From Candidatus Latescibacterota bacterium (GTDB taxonomy: Bacteria > Latescibacterota > UBA2968 > UBA8231), in assembly GCA_965208105.1 (NCBI GenBank), contig OZ242318.1, positions 1,952,001 to 2,016,000 of the forward strand: a DNA stretch of 64,000 bases. Direction: 5' to 3'. The notes under the pieces are model-generated. The model was not told where the DNA came from. It saw only the letters and a program-made list of their open reading frames with translations, and searched no databases. The position numbers and the translations under genes are program-made. Position 1 is the stretch's first letter, and each line of letters opens with the position of its first letter. Positions 19,506 to 30,028 of this stretch are shown here, piece by piece.

Positions 19506-19979
19506 TGCTGTTCATCGCCTGTCATCATTTCCGATGCCCGGTAGCCGGACCATTCTCCCTGCATGTCATTTCCCCTCAAGGGGCTGGCGGACCACAAAAA
19601 AACCCGCCGAAGTATCTTCAGCGGGTTGGTTATTTCAAGACCATTAATTGTTCTTCAGTCTATCGTCTCATCCTCAACCCGCCGGTTGATCGCTTCCCAT
19701 GACCTTGCAATTCGCGAGATTGGTTCCACTTCCGGACGAATATGACCGATTGCACCGTTAAGCGACATCTGCCCGATTGCGCTGCCGGCGCAGTCATCAA
19801 TTATCTGCAGGGTATTGTTTTGGCGGGTTGCAAAAACCATGTCACACTCTCTATTGTATCTACGAACGGAGCTGCAAACGCGCGCGAAAGATAGGCCCGG
19901 ATATTGGTGAGGTCAAGGTCGAGGATCTCCCTCCTGCTGACCGCACCGGCTTCACCTAACATTCAAGGAGTGGAGGCAA

Positions 19980-20870
19980 ATGCCCGCCAGACGAGTTAAC
20001 AGGACAGTTGAACTGCTCGCCGCCGACCAGCCGGTCTACTACACGGGCGGTCACACGGGCGCGATTCTGAGCCGCGAGCAGGGGGAGGAGGACTCTCAGA
20101 CCTGGGCGGACTACATCAACGTGGGGATGGAGCACGGGTCTTTCGACCTGGCCGGTCTGCAGGACTACATGGATGGATTGGCGGCTGGCGGTCCCACTGC
20201 CAGCGGTCACCGGACTCCCACCGTGATCGTCGAGGCGCCGGTGGACGGGACCTCGGAGGCGGCGGTTCGATTCAACTCCTGGCAGTTCAGACAGATTCTG
20301 GCGCGTGGGGTTCACGGCATCCTGCTGTGCCAGGCGGAGACGGCCGACGCGGTGCGGGCTTTCGTGGAGTCCTGCCGCTACCCAAGAGCTTCCCAGGGGG
20401 TCGGTTGTGGGTTGCAGCGCGGCACCCGGGGGGTTGGCTCGGAGCCGGTTTGCGCTCCCATATGGGGTCTCGACAACTCGCAGTACATCGACCGGGCCGA
20501 CCCGTGGCCGCTGAACCCGGAAGGCGAGCTGATGCTGGGCATCAAGGTCGAATCGGCGCGCGGCGTGCAGAATATCGAGAGCATGCTCGCGGTGCCGGGG
20601 TTGACCTTCGCCGAGTGCGGCCCCGGCGACCTGCACATGTCCTACGGTATCGATATCGGGGCGCCGGGCACGCCCTTCGATCCGCGCGTCGAGGAAGCCG
20701 GCGAGCGCGTGCGCAGAGCCTGCCACGAGAACGGGGTCGCCTTCCTCGGCGGCGCGACCCTGGACACCATTACGGAAAAGATCGACCGCGGAGTCCGCGT
20801 GGTTTCGGGTTCGAACCCGGAGATCGCGGCCAAAGGTCGCGCCTACTCCAACCGCACCATGCCAGTGTAA
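19980..20870 (+). CDS. HpcH/HpaI aldolase family protein
   Basis: GMEHG, ILARGVHGI, KVES, GPGDL motifs. Confidence 0.85.
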   Translation: MPARRVNRTVELLAADQPVYYTGGHTGAILSREQGEEDSQTWADYINVGMEHGSFDLAGLQDYMDGLAAGGPTASGHRTPTVIVEAPVDGTSEAAVRFNSWQFRQILARGVHGILLCQAETADAVRAFVESCRYPRASQGVGCGLQRGTRGVGSEPVCAPIWGLDNSQYIDRADPWPLNPEGELMLGIKVESARGVQNIESMLAVPGLTFAECGPGDLHMSYGIDIGAPGTPFDPRVEEAGERVRRACHENGVAFLGGATLDTITEKIDRGVRVVSGSNPEIAAKGRAYSNRTMPV

Positions 20871-21051
20871 TGCTTCCCGCCGCCTGGTCGGGAGACAGGT
20901 TGATCGGGCGGCGGCTGGCTGAGATTATCCCGCTCGACGGCCCGGGGTTGTTCCAGATCGAAAAGGAACGGCGCAAGGGACGCCCCTGGCACCCCGCATC
21001 TCCCGGCTGGATGCGGCTTGTCGCCGGGCGGCACGCGTCCGGTGCCGCGCC

Positions 21052-21087
21052 CTAGCAGCCCGTTGAAAAGTACATCCGGGCTGCTAG
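21052..21087. repeat. 36-bp CTAG-bounded palindromic element, copy 2
   Basis: CTAGCAGCCCG-TTGAAAAGTACATC-CGGGCTGCTAG. Confidence 0.85.
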
Positions 21088-22862
21088 GCGAGAGCCTCGT
21101 TGTACTGCAACTGGTGCAGGCGGGCGTAGATGCCGTCCCGGGCAAGAAGCTCTTCGTGGCGGCCCTCCTCGCGCAACCGGCCCCGATGCAGCACGAGGAT
21201 CTTGTCGGCGTTGCGGATGGTGGACAGGCGGTGGGCGATGACGATGGATGTGCGGTCGCGCATCAGCTTCTCCACCGCCTCCTGGATCCAGCCTTCGGTC
21301 TCGGTGTCGACGTGGGCGGTGGCCTCGTCCAGCACCAGGATGTCCGGGTCGGCTGCCAGGGCGCGGGCAAGCGACAGAAGCTGGCGCTGGCCCGCCGACA
21401 GCGCCCCGCCGCGCTCCTGCACCTCGTGCCGGTAGGTGTCGGGCAGCTGCTCTATGAAGCGGTCGGCGTTGACATAGCGGGCCGCCCGCGCCACCGCGGC
21501 GTCCGACAGCCCGGGAGCGCCGAACCGGATGTTGTCGGCGATGCCGCCGGCAAAGAGAAAGACGTCCTGCTGCACCAGGCCGAAGCGCCGCCGCAGCGCT
21601 TCCACGTTCCACTCGCTGATGTCGATGCCGTCGACCAGGATCTGCCCCCGCTGAATCTCGTAGAAGCGGCACAGCAGGCTGACGATGGTGGTCTTGCCCG
21701 AGCCGGTTGCCCCCACCAGGGCGAGGCTCTGGCCCGGCTCGGCGCGGAAGGAAACGTCGCGCAGAACCCACTCTTCTCCTTCATAAGCAAACCATACCCG
21801 GCGGAACTCGACGGCTCCGGCGATGCGGTCCCGGCGCACGGGACCGCCGGTGGGCTCCGGCTCGCCATCCAGCAGCTCGAAGATGCGCTCGGAGGAGGCC
21901 ATGGCCACCTGCACGGTGGCGTATTCCTCGGCGAGGTTGCGGATGGGAATGAAGAAGCGGGGCACGTATTGCAGCATGGCCACCAGAACGCCCCAGGCGA
22001 TCTCCTCGCGCATCACCTGGCCGACTCCGTACCACAGCACCAGCGCTATCAGGGCGGCGCCGCACAGCTCCATGAAGGGGAAATAGGCCGAGTGGTAACG
22101 GGTGCGCACCAGGCGGGCGTCGAGGTATTCGCCGGTTCCCTGGTTGAAGCGCCGGGCGCTGCGCGGCTCGCAGTTGAACAGTTTCACCACCTCGATACCC
22201 GACAGGGTTTCCTGCAGATCCGCGCTGAAGCGGGCAAAGCGGGTGCGGGCGTGGCGGAAGGCCTGGTAGGTGCGGTTCTGCAGCCACAGAGTGGCGGCGA
22301 AGGCCGCCGGCAGGAAGGCGCAGGTGAGCAGGCCCAGCTCGACATCGAGGTAGAAGAAGATGTAGAACAGGATGGAGGCGATGGTGATGGTTTCGGTTAC
22401 CAGGGAGACGGCGCCGAAGGTGAAGAACTCGTTGAGCGCATCGACATCGCTGGTATTGCGCGCCATGAGCCGGCCGATGGGGGTGCGGTCGAAGAACCTG
22501 AGCGGCAGACCCTGAAGGCATGTGAAGATGTTCAGGCGCACGTCGCGCATGGTCCACTGCCCCACCATGCCGGTGATCCAGCTTTGGGCGTAGCCGATTG
22601 CGAACTGGCCCAAAAGCAGCGCGGCGAAGAGAAGGACGAGGGAGCCCAACCCCTCCAGGTCGCCGGGAACGATATGCTCGTCGACGGCTATCTTGGTCAG
22701 CACGGGACCGGCCTGGCGGGCGAGCGAGGCGGCGAGGATGAGCAGCAAGGTCAGGGCCGCCCAGTGCCAGTAGGGCCGCAGGAAGCCCAGCAGCCTGGCC
22801 AGCAGGCGGAGATCCATGGACTTCTGGTCGATTTCCCGCTCGTCGCGGATGGCCGGCGGCAT
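21084..22862 (-). CDS. Heterodimeric ABC exporter subunit (TMD+NBD)
   Basis: GATGSGKTT, LSAGQRQ, LDEAT, IAHRLST. Confidence 0.93.
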   Translation of the reverse strand: MPPAIRDEREIDQKSMDLRLLARLLGFLRPYWHWAALTLLLILAASLARQAGPVLTKIAVDEHIVPGDLEGLGSLVLLFAALLLGQFAIGYAQSWITGMVGQWTMRDVRLNIFTCLQGLPLRFFDRTPIGRLMARNTSDVDALNEFFTFGAVSLVTETITIASILFYIFFYLDVELGLLTCAFLPAAFAATLWLQNRTYQAFRHARTRFARFSADLQETLSGIEVVKLFNCEPRSARRFNQGTGEYLDARLVRTRYHSAYFPFMELCGAALIALVLWYGVGQVMREEIAWGVLVAMLQYVPRFFIPIRNLAEEYATVQVAMASSERIFELLDGEPEPTGGPVRRDRIAGAVEFRRVWFAYEGEEWVLRDVSFRAEPGQSLALVGATGSGKTTIVSLLCRFYEIQRGQILVDGIDISEWNVEALRRRFGLVQQDVFLFAGGIADNIRFGAPGLSDAAVARAARYVNADRFIEQLPDTYRHEVQERGGALSAGQRQLLSLARALAADPDILVLDEATAHVDTETEGWIQEAVEKLMRDRTSIVIAHRLSTIRNADKILVLHRGRLREEGRHEELLARDGIYARLHQLQYNEALA

Positions 22863-24607
22863 CAGAGGGTGCTCAATTCATCGGTGAGATGCTGGCGGCG
22901 GTACATACCGGAGTAGAGGCCGCCGCCTGCGAGTAACTCGTCGTGGGTGCCCTCCTCGACAATGCGCCCTTCGTCGAGCACGATAATGTGGTCGGCGGCC
23001 ATGACGGTGGAGAGGCGATGAGCGATGAGGATGGTGGTGCGCTCGGCCATGATGCCGCGCAGGCGCTCGAGGATCCGCTCTTCGGTGCGGGTATCGACGT
23101 TGGCCAGGGCGTCGTCGAGAATGAGGATCTTCGGGCGCCGCGCGACCGAACGGGCAAGGGCGGTGCGCTGCTTCTGCCCCCCCGACAGGGTGACGCCGCG
23201 CTCGCCGACGATGGTGTCCAGCCCCTGGGGAAAGGTCTCGATGTCGGCGGTCAGCTGCGCCACCTCGATGGCGCGTTCGACCTCGTCGGGGTGGACGGAG
23301 TCGAGGGCGATGTTGTCGCGGATGCTCTCGGAGAACAGGAAGGTGTCCTGGGGCGCGTAGCCAATGGCGCCGCGGAAGGCGCGCAGCGGCATTCGTTCAA
23401 CGGGTCTGCCGTCGATTAGAATCTGGCCCTCGCCTGCCTGGATCAGGCGGGGGATTAGCCGGGCAAGGGTGCTCTTGCCCGAGCCCACGCGGCCGACGAT
23501 GGCCAGGGTGCTGCCGGCCGGAACGTGGACGTGGATATCGCGCAGCACGGCCTGCCCGTTGTATGCAAAGGAAGCCCCGCGGAACTCGATTTCGCCCCGG
23601 ACCGCCAGGCCGTCGTCCTGGTACTGGTCGGCCTGGGGCTGTTCCTTGAGTACGGACTCGATGCGCAGCATGGAAGCCATGGCGCGCTGGTATTCGTCGA
23701 CGATGCGGCCCATCATCATCATCGGGCGGCTCAGGCGGATCAAGTAGGCGTTGAAGGCGACGAAGGCCCCCAGGGTGAGCGTCCCCTCGACGACGCGGGT
23801 TCCACCCAGCCACAGAACCAGTACCATCGACAGCCCGCTGATGAGGAAGGTGATGGGGAAGAAGGTGCTGTAGAGGTAGATCAGGCGGCGGCTGCGCTCG
23901 ACGTACTCGTCGTTGAGCCGGGTGAAGCGGTCGATCTCGCCGCTGCGGCGCGCAAACGCCTTGACCACGCGCATTCCGGCCAGGCTCTCCTGCAGGCAGG
24001 TGCTGATGGCGGCGAACTGCTCCTGGACCCTGCGGTAGCGCCGGCGCACCTTGCCGCCCACCAGGCGCAGCACCAGGACCATGACCGGCATGGGCAACAG
24101 GGCGTAGAGGGCCAGCTCCCAGTCGTAGAGACACATGGCCGTCATGCTGAAGCCGAAACCGAGCAGGGCGCTGAGGAACATGCGGAAGCCGTGGCTGAGG
24201 TAGCGCTGCACCGCCTCGACGTCGTTGGTCGCCCGGGCCATCAAATCGCCGGTGCGGGACTGTTGGAAATAGCCCAGGGGCAGGGTGAGCAGGTGGGCGA
24301 AATAGCGCTGGCGGATGTCGCGCTCGACGCGGTAGGAAGTGGCGGCCAGGTGCCAGCGCATACCGAAGGCCATGCCCCACTGCGCCAGGCCCAGGCAGAC
24401 GATGAGGCCGGCGCAGCGCGCCAGGAAGGTCATATCCGGCCCGGCTTGACCCAGGCTGTCTCGGGCATGGTCGACGGCGCGTTCGAGGACCAGGGGGATG
24501 GCGACGGCGGCAAGCTGTTCGCCGAGCAGAAAGCCCAGACCGGCGGTCAGGGCCCAGCGGTAGGGGCCCAGATACGAGGCGAACGGTTTGAAGGGATTGA
24601 GGCTCAT
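22862..24607 (-). CDS. Heterodimeric ABC exporter subunit (TMD+NBD, degenerate Walker B)
   Basis: GRVGSGKST, LSGGQKQR, ILDDAL; overlaps partner start. Confidence 0.93.
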   Translation of the reverse strand: MSLNPFKPFASYLGPYRWALTAGLGFLLGEQLAAVAIPLVLERAVDHARDSLGQAGPDMTFLARCAGLIVCLGLAQWGMAFGMRWHLAATSYRVERDIRQRYFAHLLTLPLGYFQQSRTGDLMARATNDVEAVQRYLSHGFRMFLSALLGFGFSMTAMCLYDWELALYALLPMPVMVLVLRLVGGKVRRRYRRVQEQFAAISTCLQESLAGMRVVKAFARRSGEIDRFTRLNDEYVERSRRLIYLYSTFFPITFLISGLSMVLVLWLGGTRVVEGTLTLGAFVAFNAYLIRLSRPMMMMGRIVDEYQRAMASMLRIESVLKEQPQADQYQDDGLAVRGEIEFRGASFAYNGQAVLRDIHVHVPAGSTLAIVGRVGSGKSTLARLIPRLIQAGEGQILIDGRPVERMPLRAFRGAIGYAPQDTFLFSESIRDNIALDSVHPDEVERAIEVAQLTADIETFPQGLDTIVGERGVTLSGGQKQRTALARSVARRPKILILDDALANVDTRTEERILERLRGIMAERTTILIAHRLSTVMAADHIIVLDEGRIVEEGTHDELLAGGGLYSGMYRRQHLTDELSTL

Positions 24608-24815
24608 GCGCTGTCCGGTGGACCGCAGGAATCAAGCTTAGGCTATACATGTATGCAGAGCCTGTCAAAGCGAGACTGCCTGGAGACCCGCCCCGCTGAA
24701 CAGGGGGAGGGGCCAGAGCAGGGAGGCCGGCGGTCCGTGACCGATTTGCCTTTGTGCCGGATGGGACTGTTATTTTTAACCGGCACCAAAATCACCTCAT
24801 CAAGGGAAACGCCCC

Positions 24816-26639
24816 ATGAGCGCTGAACCCGCAGCCATGGACTGGGACCTGACGAGTTATTTCGCCGAGTTCGACGGCCCCGACATGCGGCAATTCAAGG
24901 ACGAACTACAAAAGGATCTTGCGGCGGCACGCGAGCAGGCCGCCGCCCTGGCGCCGCTTTCCGAGGACAACGCCGGCGCCTGGGAGACCGTATTCCTCCT
25001 GACCGAGGGCCTGACCGACCGCCTCTCCCACCTGGGTTCCTACCTGGGGTGCCTGACCGCAGCGGACGCCCGCAACGAGGACTACGCCCGCGAGGAGGCC
25101 GCCTTTGCCCTGCTGGCGTCCGAGGCCGAGAAGCTCGATGTCGAACTCCTGCGGGCGCTGAAGGAGGCGGCGGACGACGTTTTTTCCGGGTTCGCCCGGC
25201 GGCCGGCCCTGGCCGACTGCGCCCACTTCCTCCGGCGCCAGCGCGAGGACGCTCAGCACACCATGAGCCCGGAGAAGGAGGTGCTCTCAGCCGACCTCGG
25301 CGTCGACGGCCTCCACGCCTGGGGCCGCCTCTACGACTCGGTCTCCGGCAAGCTCGAGTTCGACATGGCCTTTCCCGACGGCCGCACCGAGCGCCGCCCC
25401 ATGTCGCAGCGCCGCGCCCTGATGGAAGACCCCGACCGACGGGTCCGCCAGGCCGCCTTCGAAGGGGGTAACCGGGCCTGGGAGAGCATGGAGGACGTCG
25501 CCGCCGCCGCCCTCAACGCCATCTCGGGGACGCGCCTGACCCTCAACCGCCACCGCGGCGTGGACCACTTCCTCGACATCGCCCTCTTCCAGGCGTCCAT
25601 TTCGCCCGGGACCCTCGAGGCGATGTTCGCCGCCATCGCCGAGGAGATCGAGCTGCCGCGGCGAATCCTCGCCCTCAAGGCGCAGCTCATGGGCACCGAG
25701 GGCGTGGCCTGGTACGATCTGGGGGCGCCGCTGCCCCTTCCCGGCCAGGGGGGGCTCTCCTGGGAAGAGGGAAGGGACCTGGTCGCGCGCTCCTTCGCCG
25801 CGGCCTACCCGCGCCTGGGCGAGTTCCTCGGCCAGGTCTGCGATCACCGCTGGATCGATCACGCCCCACGCCCGGGCAAGCGGCCCGGAGCCTTCTGCAC
25901 CGGCTCGCTGTTGACCCGCGAGTCCCGCGTCTACATGACCTACAACGACACCCTCGGCGACGTGCTCACCCTCGCCCACGAGGTCGGCCACGCCTTCCAC
26001 AGCCGCATCATGCGCGACGTGCGCACCTACGCCCACTTCTACCCCATGACCCTGGCCGAATCGGCTTCCACCTTCGGCGAGATGATCCTCACCGAGGGCA
26101 TCCTCGCCGATCCTTCCTTCAGCCCCGCCCAGAAGGCCGCCGCCCTCGACCAGGAGATCGGCCACGGCGCGGTCTTCCTTCTGGACATACCCGTGCGCTA
26201 TCGGTTCGAGAAGAAGCTCTACGAGGAGCGCGCCAACGGCGAACTCACGGTCACCAGGCTCAAGGAGCTGATGGCCGGGACCCAGCGCGAAGTCTTCGGC
26301 GGCGCGCTCGCGAAGGGAGGAGAAGACCCCTACTTCTGGGCCTCGAAACTCCATTTCTACATCACCGGCGTCACCTTCTACAACTTTCCTTACACCTTCG
26401 GCTTTCTGCTCAGCCGCGGCCTGTATTCCATGTTCAAGCAGGAAGGGGCCGGCTTCCTTCCCCGCTACGAGGAATTCCTCCGCCTCACCGGCAGCGACAG
26501 CGCCGAGGGGGTGGTGCGCCGGGCGCTGGACCGCGATCTCGAAGACATCGGGTTCTGGACCGAGGCCATCCGCACCCTGGAGTCCCCCCTGGCCGAGCTG
26601 GAGAAATTGCTGCCCGGGGTGCTGTCCGTGCGGCCCTAG
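24816..26639 (+). CDS. pepF: Oligoendopeptidase F (M3B)
   Basis: WDL start, GKRPGAFC, HEVGHAFH, AESASTF, FYNFPYTFG. Confidence 0.9.
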   Translation: MSAEPAAMDWDLTSYFAEFDGPDMRQFKDELQKDLAAAREQAAALAPLSEDNAGAWETVFLLTEGLTDRLSHLGSYLGCLTAADARNEDYAREEAAFALLASEAEKLDVELLRALKEAADDVFSGFARRPALADCAHFLRRQREDAQHTMSPEKEVLSADLGVDGLHAWGRLYDSVSGKLEFDMAFPDGRTERRPMSQRRALMEDPDRRVRQAAFEGGNRAWESMEDVAAAALNAISGTRLTLNRHRGVDHFLDIALFQASISPGTLEAMFAAIAEEIELPRRILALKAQLMGTEGVAWYDLGAPLPLPGQGGLSWEEGRDLVARSFAAAYPRLGEFLGQVCDHRWIDHAPRPGKRPGAFCTGSLLTRESRVYMTYNDTLGDVLTLAHEVGHAFHSRIMRDVRTYAHFYPMTLAESASTFGEMILTEGILADPSFSPAQKAAALDQEIGHGAVFLLDIPVRYRFEKKLYEERANGELTVTRLKELMAGTQREVFGGALAKGGEDPYFWASKLHFYITGVTFYNFPYTFGFLLSRGLYSMFKQEGAGFLPRYEEFLRLTGSDSAEGVVRRALDRDLEDIGFWTEAIRTLESPLAELEKLLPGVLSVRP

Positions 26640-26660
26640 CGCACCCCTCCATCGCAATCA

Positions 26661-26957
26661 CTACGTCGAGGCAGCGGCTTTGAAGTCCTCAACCTCGATT
26701 TCCTTCGCTCGATCCCGCGCCTGCCAGAGATCATAGGCCGTCTGCATACCAAGCCATGTCTCCGGCGTGGAGCCGAACGCCTGGGACAGGCGAAAGGACA
26801 TCTCTACAGATACGCCTGCCTTCTCATTCACCAGGTCCGACAACGCCTGGCGAGTCACTCCCAGCCCTTGCGCCGCCCGCGTTACGGTCAGCCCCAGCGG
26901 TTCGAGGCACTCGTACCTTACGATCTCGCCAGGATGGGGAGGGTTGTGCATACCCAT
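26661..26957 (-). CDS. higA: HigA antitoxin
   Basis: MHNPPHPGEI, HTH, PETWLGMQ. Confidence 0.9.
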   Translation of the reverse strand: MGMHNPPHPGEIVRYECLEPLGLTVTRAAQGLGVTRQALSDLVNEKAGVSVEMSFRLSQAFGSTPETWLGMQTAYDLWQARDRAKEIEVEDFKAAAST

Positions 26958-26970
26958 TAGTCCCACCTCC

Positions 26971-27249
26971 TCAGTGGTAATTCGTGTAATCGACGTCAAC
27001 TGCATGTCCATCCTCGAATCTAAAGGTCACCAGCCAGTTTCCCGACACGGAGACGGCGTAGTAACCACGAAGCTGACCCGCCAGTGGATGCAGTTGAAAC
27101 CCGGGCAGATTCATGTCCTGAGGCGCGCTGCTACGATCAAGCACCGCGAGGATGCGCATCAGCTTGCGCACATGCTCCGGAGCCACTCGCCGTGCATCAC
27201 GGCCGCCGTAGAGTGCCCTCAGACCCCGATGCTTGAACGATAGAATCAC
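26971..27249 (-). CDS. higB: HigB (RelE-like) toxin
   Basis: ILSFKHRGL, LHPL, VSGNW.VTFRF, DY..YH; toxin upstream of antitoxin. Confidence 0.9.
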   Translation of the reverse strand: MILSFKHRGLRALYGGRDARRVAPEHVRKLMRILAVLDRSSAPQDMNLPGFQLHPLAGQLRGYYAVSVSGNWLVTFRFEDGHAVDVDYTNYH

Positions 27250-27255
27250 CGCAGT

Positions 27256-27284
27256 ATCCTATAGTGTAGCCTGTCGCCTGTCAA
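27256..27284 (-). promoter_or_regulatory. Sigma70-type promoter of higBA
   Basis: TTGACA-17 nt-TAGGAT, 6 nt before GTG start. Confidence 0.6.
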
Positions 27285-27474
27285 TAGACAGCCGCACTTC
27301 GGCGGTGAGCGCCGCGCTCTCACACCGAGGAGCAGTTGGCGGCCGCAACCCTTTGGAGTTAGCCGGTCGCGGCGCGATCCAAATCGGCAGTCCATGAGAA
27401 CCGTATTTTTTGTGTATATTGGCAGACAAAGAACGACTCATCGAGTTACGGTCTCCGCAGCCGAAAGGAAATCG

Positions 27475-28230
27475 ATGTTGCGCTTTTCCCTGGTCTTTCT
27501 CTTCTGCACCGGCCTCGCCCACGCCGGCGACAATCCCCCTGCCCCCGGATTCGACGCCGCCGGTTCCGACCCCGAGGCCATCTCCCTGGCCGACGAGGTC
27601 ATGGCCGCGATGGGCGGCCGGGCCCACTGGGAGGCAACCCGCTACGTCACCTGGCGCTTTTTCGGGTTCCGCCTGCACGTGTGGGACAGGTGGACGGGGG
27701 ACATTCGCTTCGAGCAAGGCGATCTGACCGTGCTGATGAACATCCACAGCAAGAAGGGCAGGGCCTTCTCCGCCGGTGTGGAAATCAGCGACCCCGACAC
27801 TCTCGCGGCCAGGCTGGACCACGGCTACCGCGCCTGGATCAACGACTCCTACTGGCTGGTCATGCCCTACAAGCTCAAGGACACCGGGGTCACCCTGCGC
27901 TACCGGGGAGCGGAAACCACCGGGGACGGCCGCCCTGCCGATGTGCTGGAACTCACCTTCAAGGACGTGGGCGTCACTCCGCAGAACAAGTACGCGGTCT
28001 GGATCGACCGGGAATCGCGGCTGGTGACCCAGTGGGCGTTCTACCGCGAGGCCGCCGACGCCGAGCCGGCCTTTACCGGCCCCTGGACCAACTGGCAGCC
28101 CCACGGATCCATCCTGCTATCCGACGGCCGCGGCGAGCGCCGGCACACGGACGTGGCGGTCTTCGACGAACTGCCGCGCCCGGTGTTCATGAGTCCAGCT
28201 CCCGCTGCCCTTCCCTTGCCCGGCGAGTAG
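27475..28230 (+). CDS. Exported hypothetical protein (beta-rich)
   Basis: Signal peptide; AMGG..W, WINDSYWLVMPYKL, VGVTP.N.Y. Confidence 0.75.
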   Translation: MLRFSLVFLFCTGLAHAGDNPPAPGFDAAGSDPEAISLADEVMAAMGGRAHWEATRYVTWRFFGFRLHVWDRWTGDIRFEQGDLTVLMNIHSKKGRAFSAGVEISDPDTLAARLDHGYRAWINDSYWLVMPYKLKDTGVTLRYRGAETTGDGRPADVLELTFKDVGVTPQNKYAVWIDRESRLVTQWAFYREAADAEPAFTGPWTNWQPHGSILLSDGRGERRHTDVAVFDELPRPVFMSPAPAALPLPGE

Positions 28231-28384
28231 AGGACACTGATTTGAACCCCTCACCGTACGCGGTGCAGTCGATGGACCTGCCAACCACCACGGAGATTGC
28301 CCTTCCCCTTCGGCAGTCCGGGGTCCAGCGCGAGGACCCTGGAGGTGCCTGACCATTCATACTGTTCGCAGAGGTAATTGTCCC

Positions 28385-28999
28385 ATGCCCTACATAAACA
28401 TCGTTCCCCTGGAGCGGGCAACCGGCCTGCTCAAGAAGCAGTACGAAGCCGCCCGCGCCCGGGCCGGTCGCGTCTGGGGCATCGTCTCCGCAATGAGCCC
28501 CAACCCCGGGGCCCTGAAGACCTCGATAGATTTCTACAAGGCCCTCATGTTCGGTCCTTCGCCCCTGAGCCGGGGCCGGCGCGAAATGCTGGCCGTGGTC
28601 GTTTCGGCGGCAAACCACTGCGTCTACTGAATACGCGCCCACGCCCACGACCTCCGGGCCGAGGTCGCCAGCGATTTTGCCGTCGAGGAAGGGCCTGAGG
28701 CCGACCGCCTGGTGCAGCAGTTGTCCGCGAACTGGCGCCGGGCCGACCTGTCCCCGGCCGACGGCGCCCTCTGCGCATTTGCCGATAAACTCACCCGGCG
28801 GCCTCAGGACTCGACCGCCTGGGACGTCGAGCGCTTGCGCCGGCACGGCTTCGACGACCGCGGCATCCACGACGCGGTCCAGGTCATCGGCTATTTCAAC
28901 TATATCAACCGCGTGGCGGACGCCCTGGGCGTCGAGCCTGAATCCTTCGTGCGGCCCTGGGAGAGATCCGCGGCCGCACCCGACCAGCCCAATAGTTGA
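28385..28999 (+). CDS. AhpD-like/peroxidase-related (CMD family) selenoprotein, C-V-Y-U motif (TGA 28628-28630)
   Basis: ORFs 28385-28630 and 28712-28999 are in frame; read-through gives REMLAVVVSAANHCVYUIRAH...FNYINRVADALG, with TGA at the second Cys of CxxC. Confidence 0.88.
28648..28667 (+). other. Putative bacterial SECIS hairpin
   Basis: CGACCTC-CGGGCC-GAGGTCG; loop begins 24 nt after TGA. Confidence 0.7.
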
Positions 29000-29047
29000 A
29001 GCAACCTGCAATGGACCTGGTTCGGCCAGTATCCGTTATTTGCAATC

Positions 29048-30028
29048 ATGCCCCAGATCGTCGTTGAAGACCTGGTAAAGACCTACCGCATCGCCGAGCG
29101 CCGTCCCGGCATCTGGGGCGCCTTGCGCGGCCTCGCGCAGCGCTCGCACCGCACGATCCGGGCGCTGGACGGCATCTCCTTCTCGCTGGAGGCCGGCGAG
29201 CTGGTCGGCTATATCGGCCCCAACGGCGCCGGCAAGTCCACCACCGTCAAGATTCTCTCCGGCATCGTCGTCCCCGATTCCGGCCGCTGCGAGATCCAGG
29301 GCCGCGTCCCCTGGTCGGACCGCATCGGCCACGTCAGCCGCATCGGGGTGGTCTTCGGCCAGCGCACGCAACTGTGGTGGGACCTGCCGGCCATCGAGTC
29401 CTTCGATCTGCTGCGCGACATCTACAAAATTCCTGCCGATGCCTACCGCCGCCGGCGCGACGTCCTCATCGACATGCTGGAACTTTCTTCCTTTCTCGAC
29501 GTGCCCGTGCGCCAGCTCAGCCTGGGCCAGCGCATGCGCTGCGACCTGGCGGCGGCCCTGCTCCACGGCCCCGGCCTGCTCTTCCTGGACGAGCCCACCA
29601 TAGGCCTCGACGCCGTTGCCAAGCTGGCGATGCGCGACTTCATCAAGGATCTCAACCGCCGGGAGGGAACAACCGCCATCCTGACCACCCACGACATGGA
29701 CGATATCGAGGCCCTGTGCGACCGGGTCATGGTCATCGGCGACGGCGCCATCCTCTCCGACGGCAGCCTCGCCGACTTGCGCGCCCGCGTTTCGACCGAG
29801 CGCCGCCTCATCGTCGACCTGGTAGATGCCGCCGCGACCATAGAAGAGGAAGCCGCCCGCGTCGTGCAGCGCGACGGCCACCGGGTGCATCTCAGCTTTG
29901 CGCCCGAGCGCATCTCGGCCCCGGCCCTCATCAGCCGCATCACCGCGCGCCACGAGGTGCGCGACCTCATCGTTGAAAACCCACCCATCGAGGAGGTCAT
30001 CGCCCAGCTCTACCGGAGCCGCAGCTGA
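29048..30028 (+). CDS. ABC-2 transporter ATP-binding protein
   Basis: [22 protein letters not shown]. Confidence 0.93.
   Translation: MPQIVVEDLVKTYRIAERRPGIWGALRGLAQRSHRTIRALDGISFSLEAGELVGYIGPNGAGKSTTVKILSGIVVPDSGRCEIQGRVPWSDRIGHVSRIGVVFGQRTQLWWDLPAIESFDLLRDIYKIPADAYRRRRDVLIDMLELSSFLDVPVRQLSLGQRMRCDLAAALLHGPGLLFLDEPTIGLDAVAKLAMRDFIKDLNRREGTTAILTTHDMDDIEALCDRVMVIGDGAILSDGSLADLRARVSTERRLIVDLVDAAATIEEEAARVVQRDGHRVHLSFAPERISAPALISRITARHEVRDLIVENPPIEEVIAQLYRSRS

Noticed and set aside
19655-19840. 61-aa minus-strand ORF upstream of the MFS gene
   Set aside because: No recognisable motif or RBS; cannot be supported
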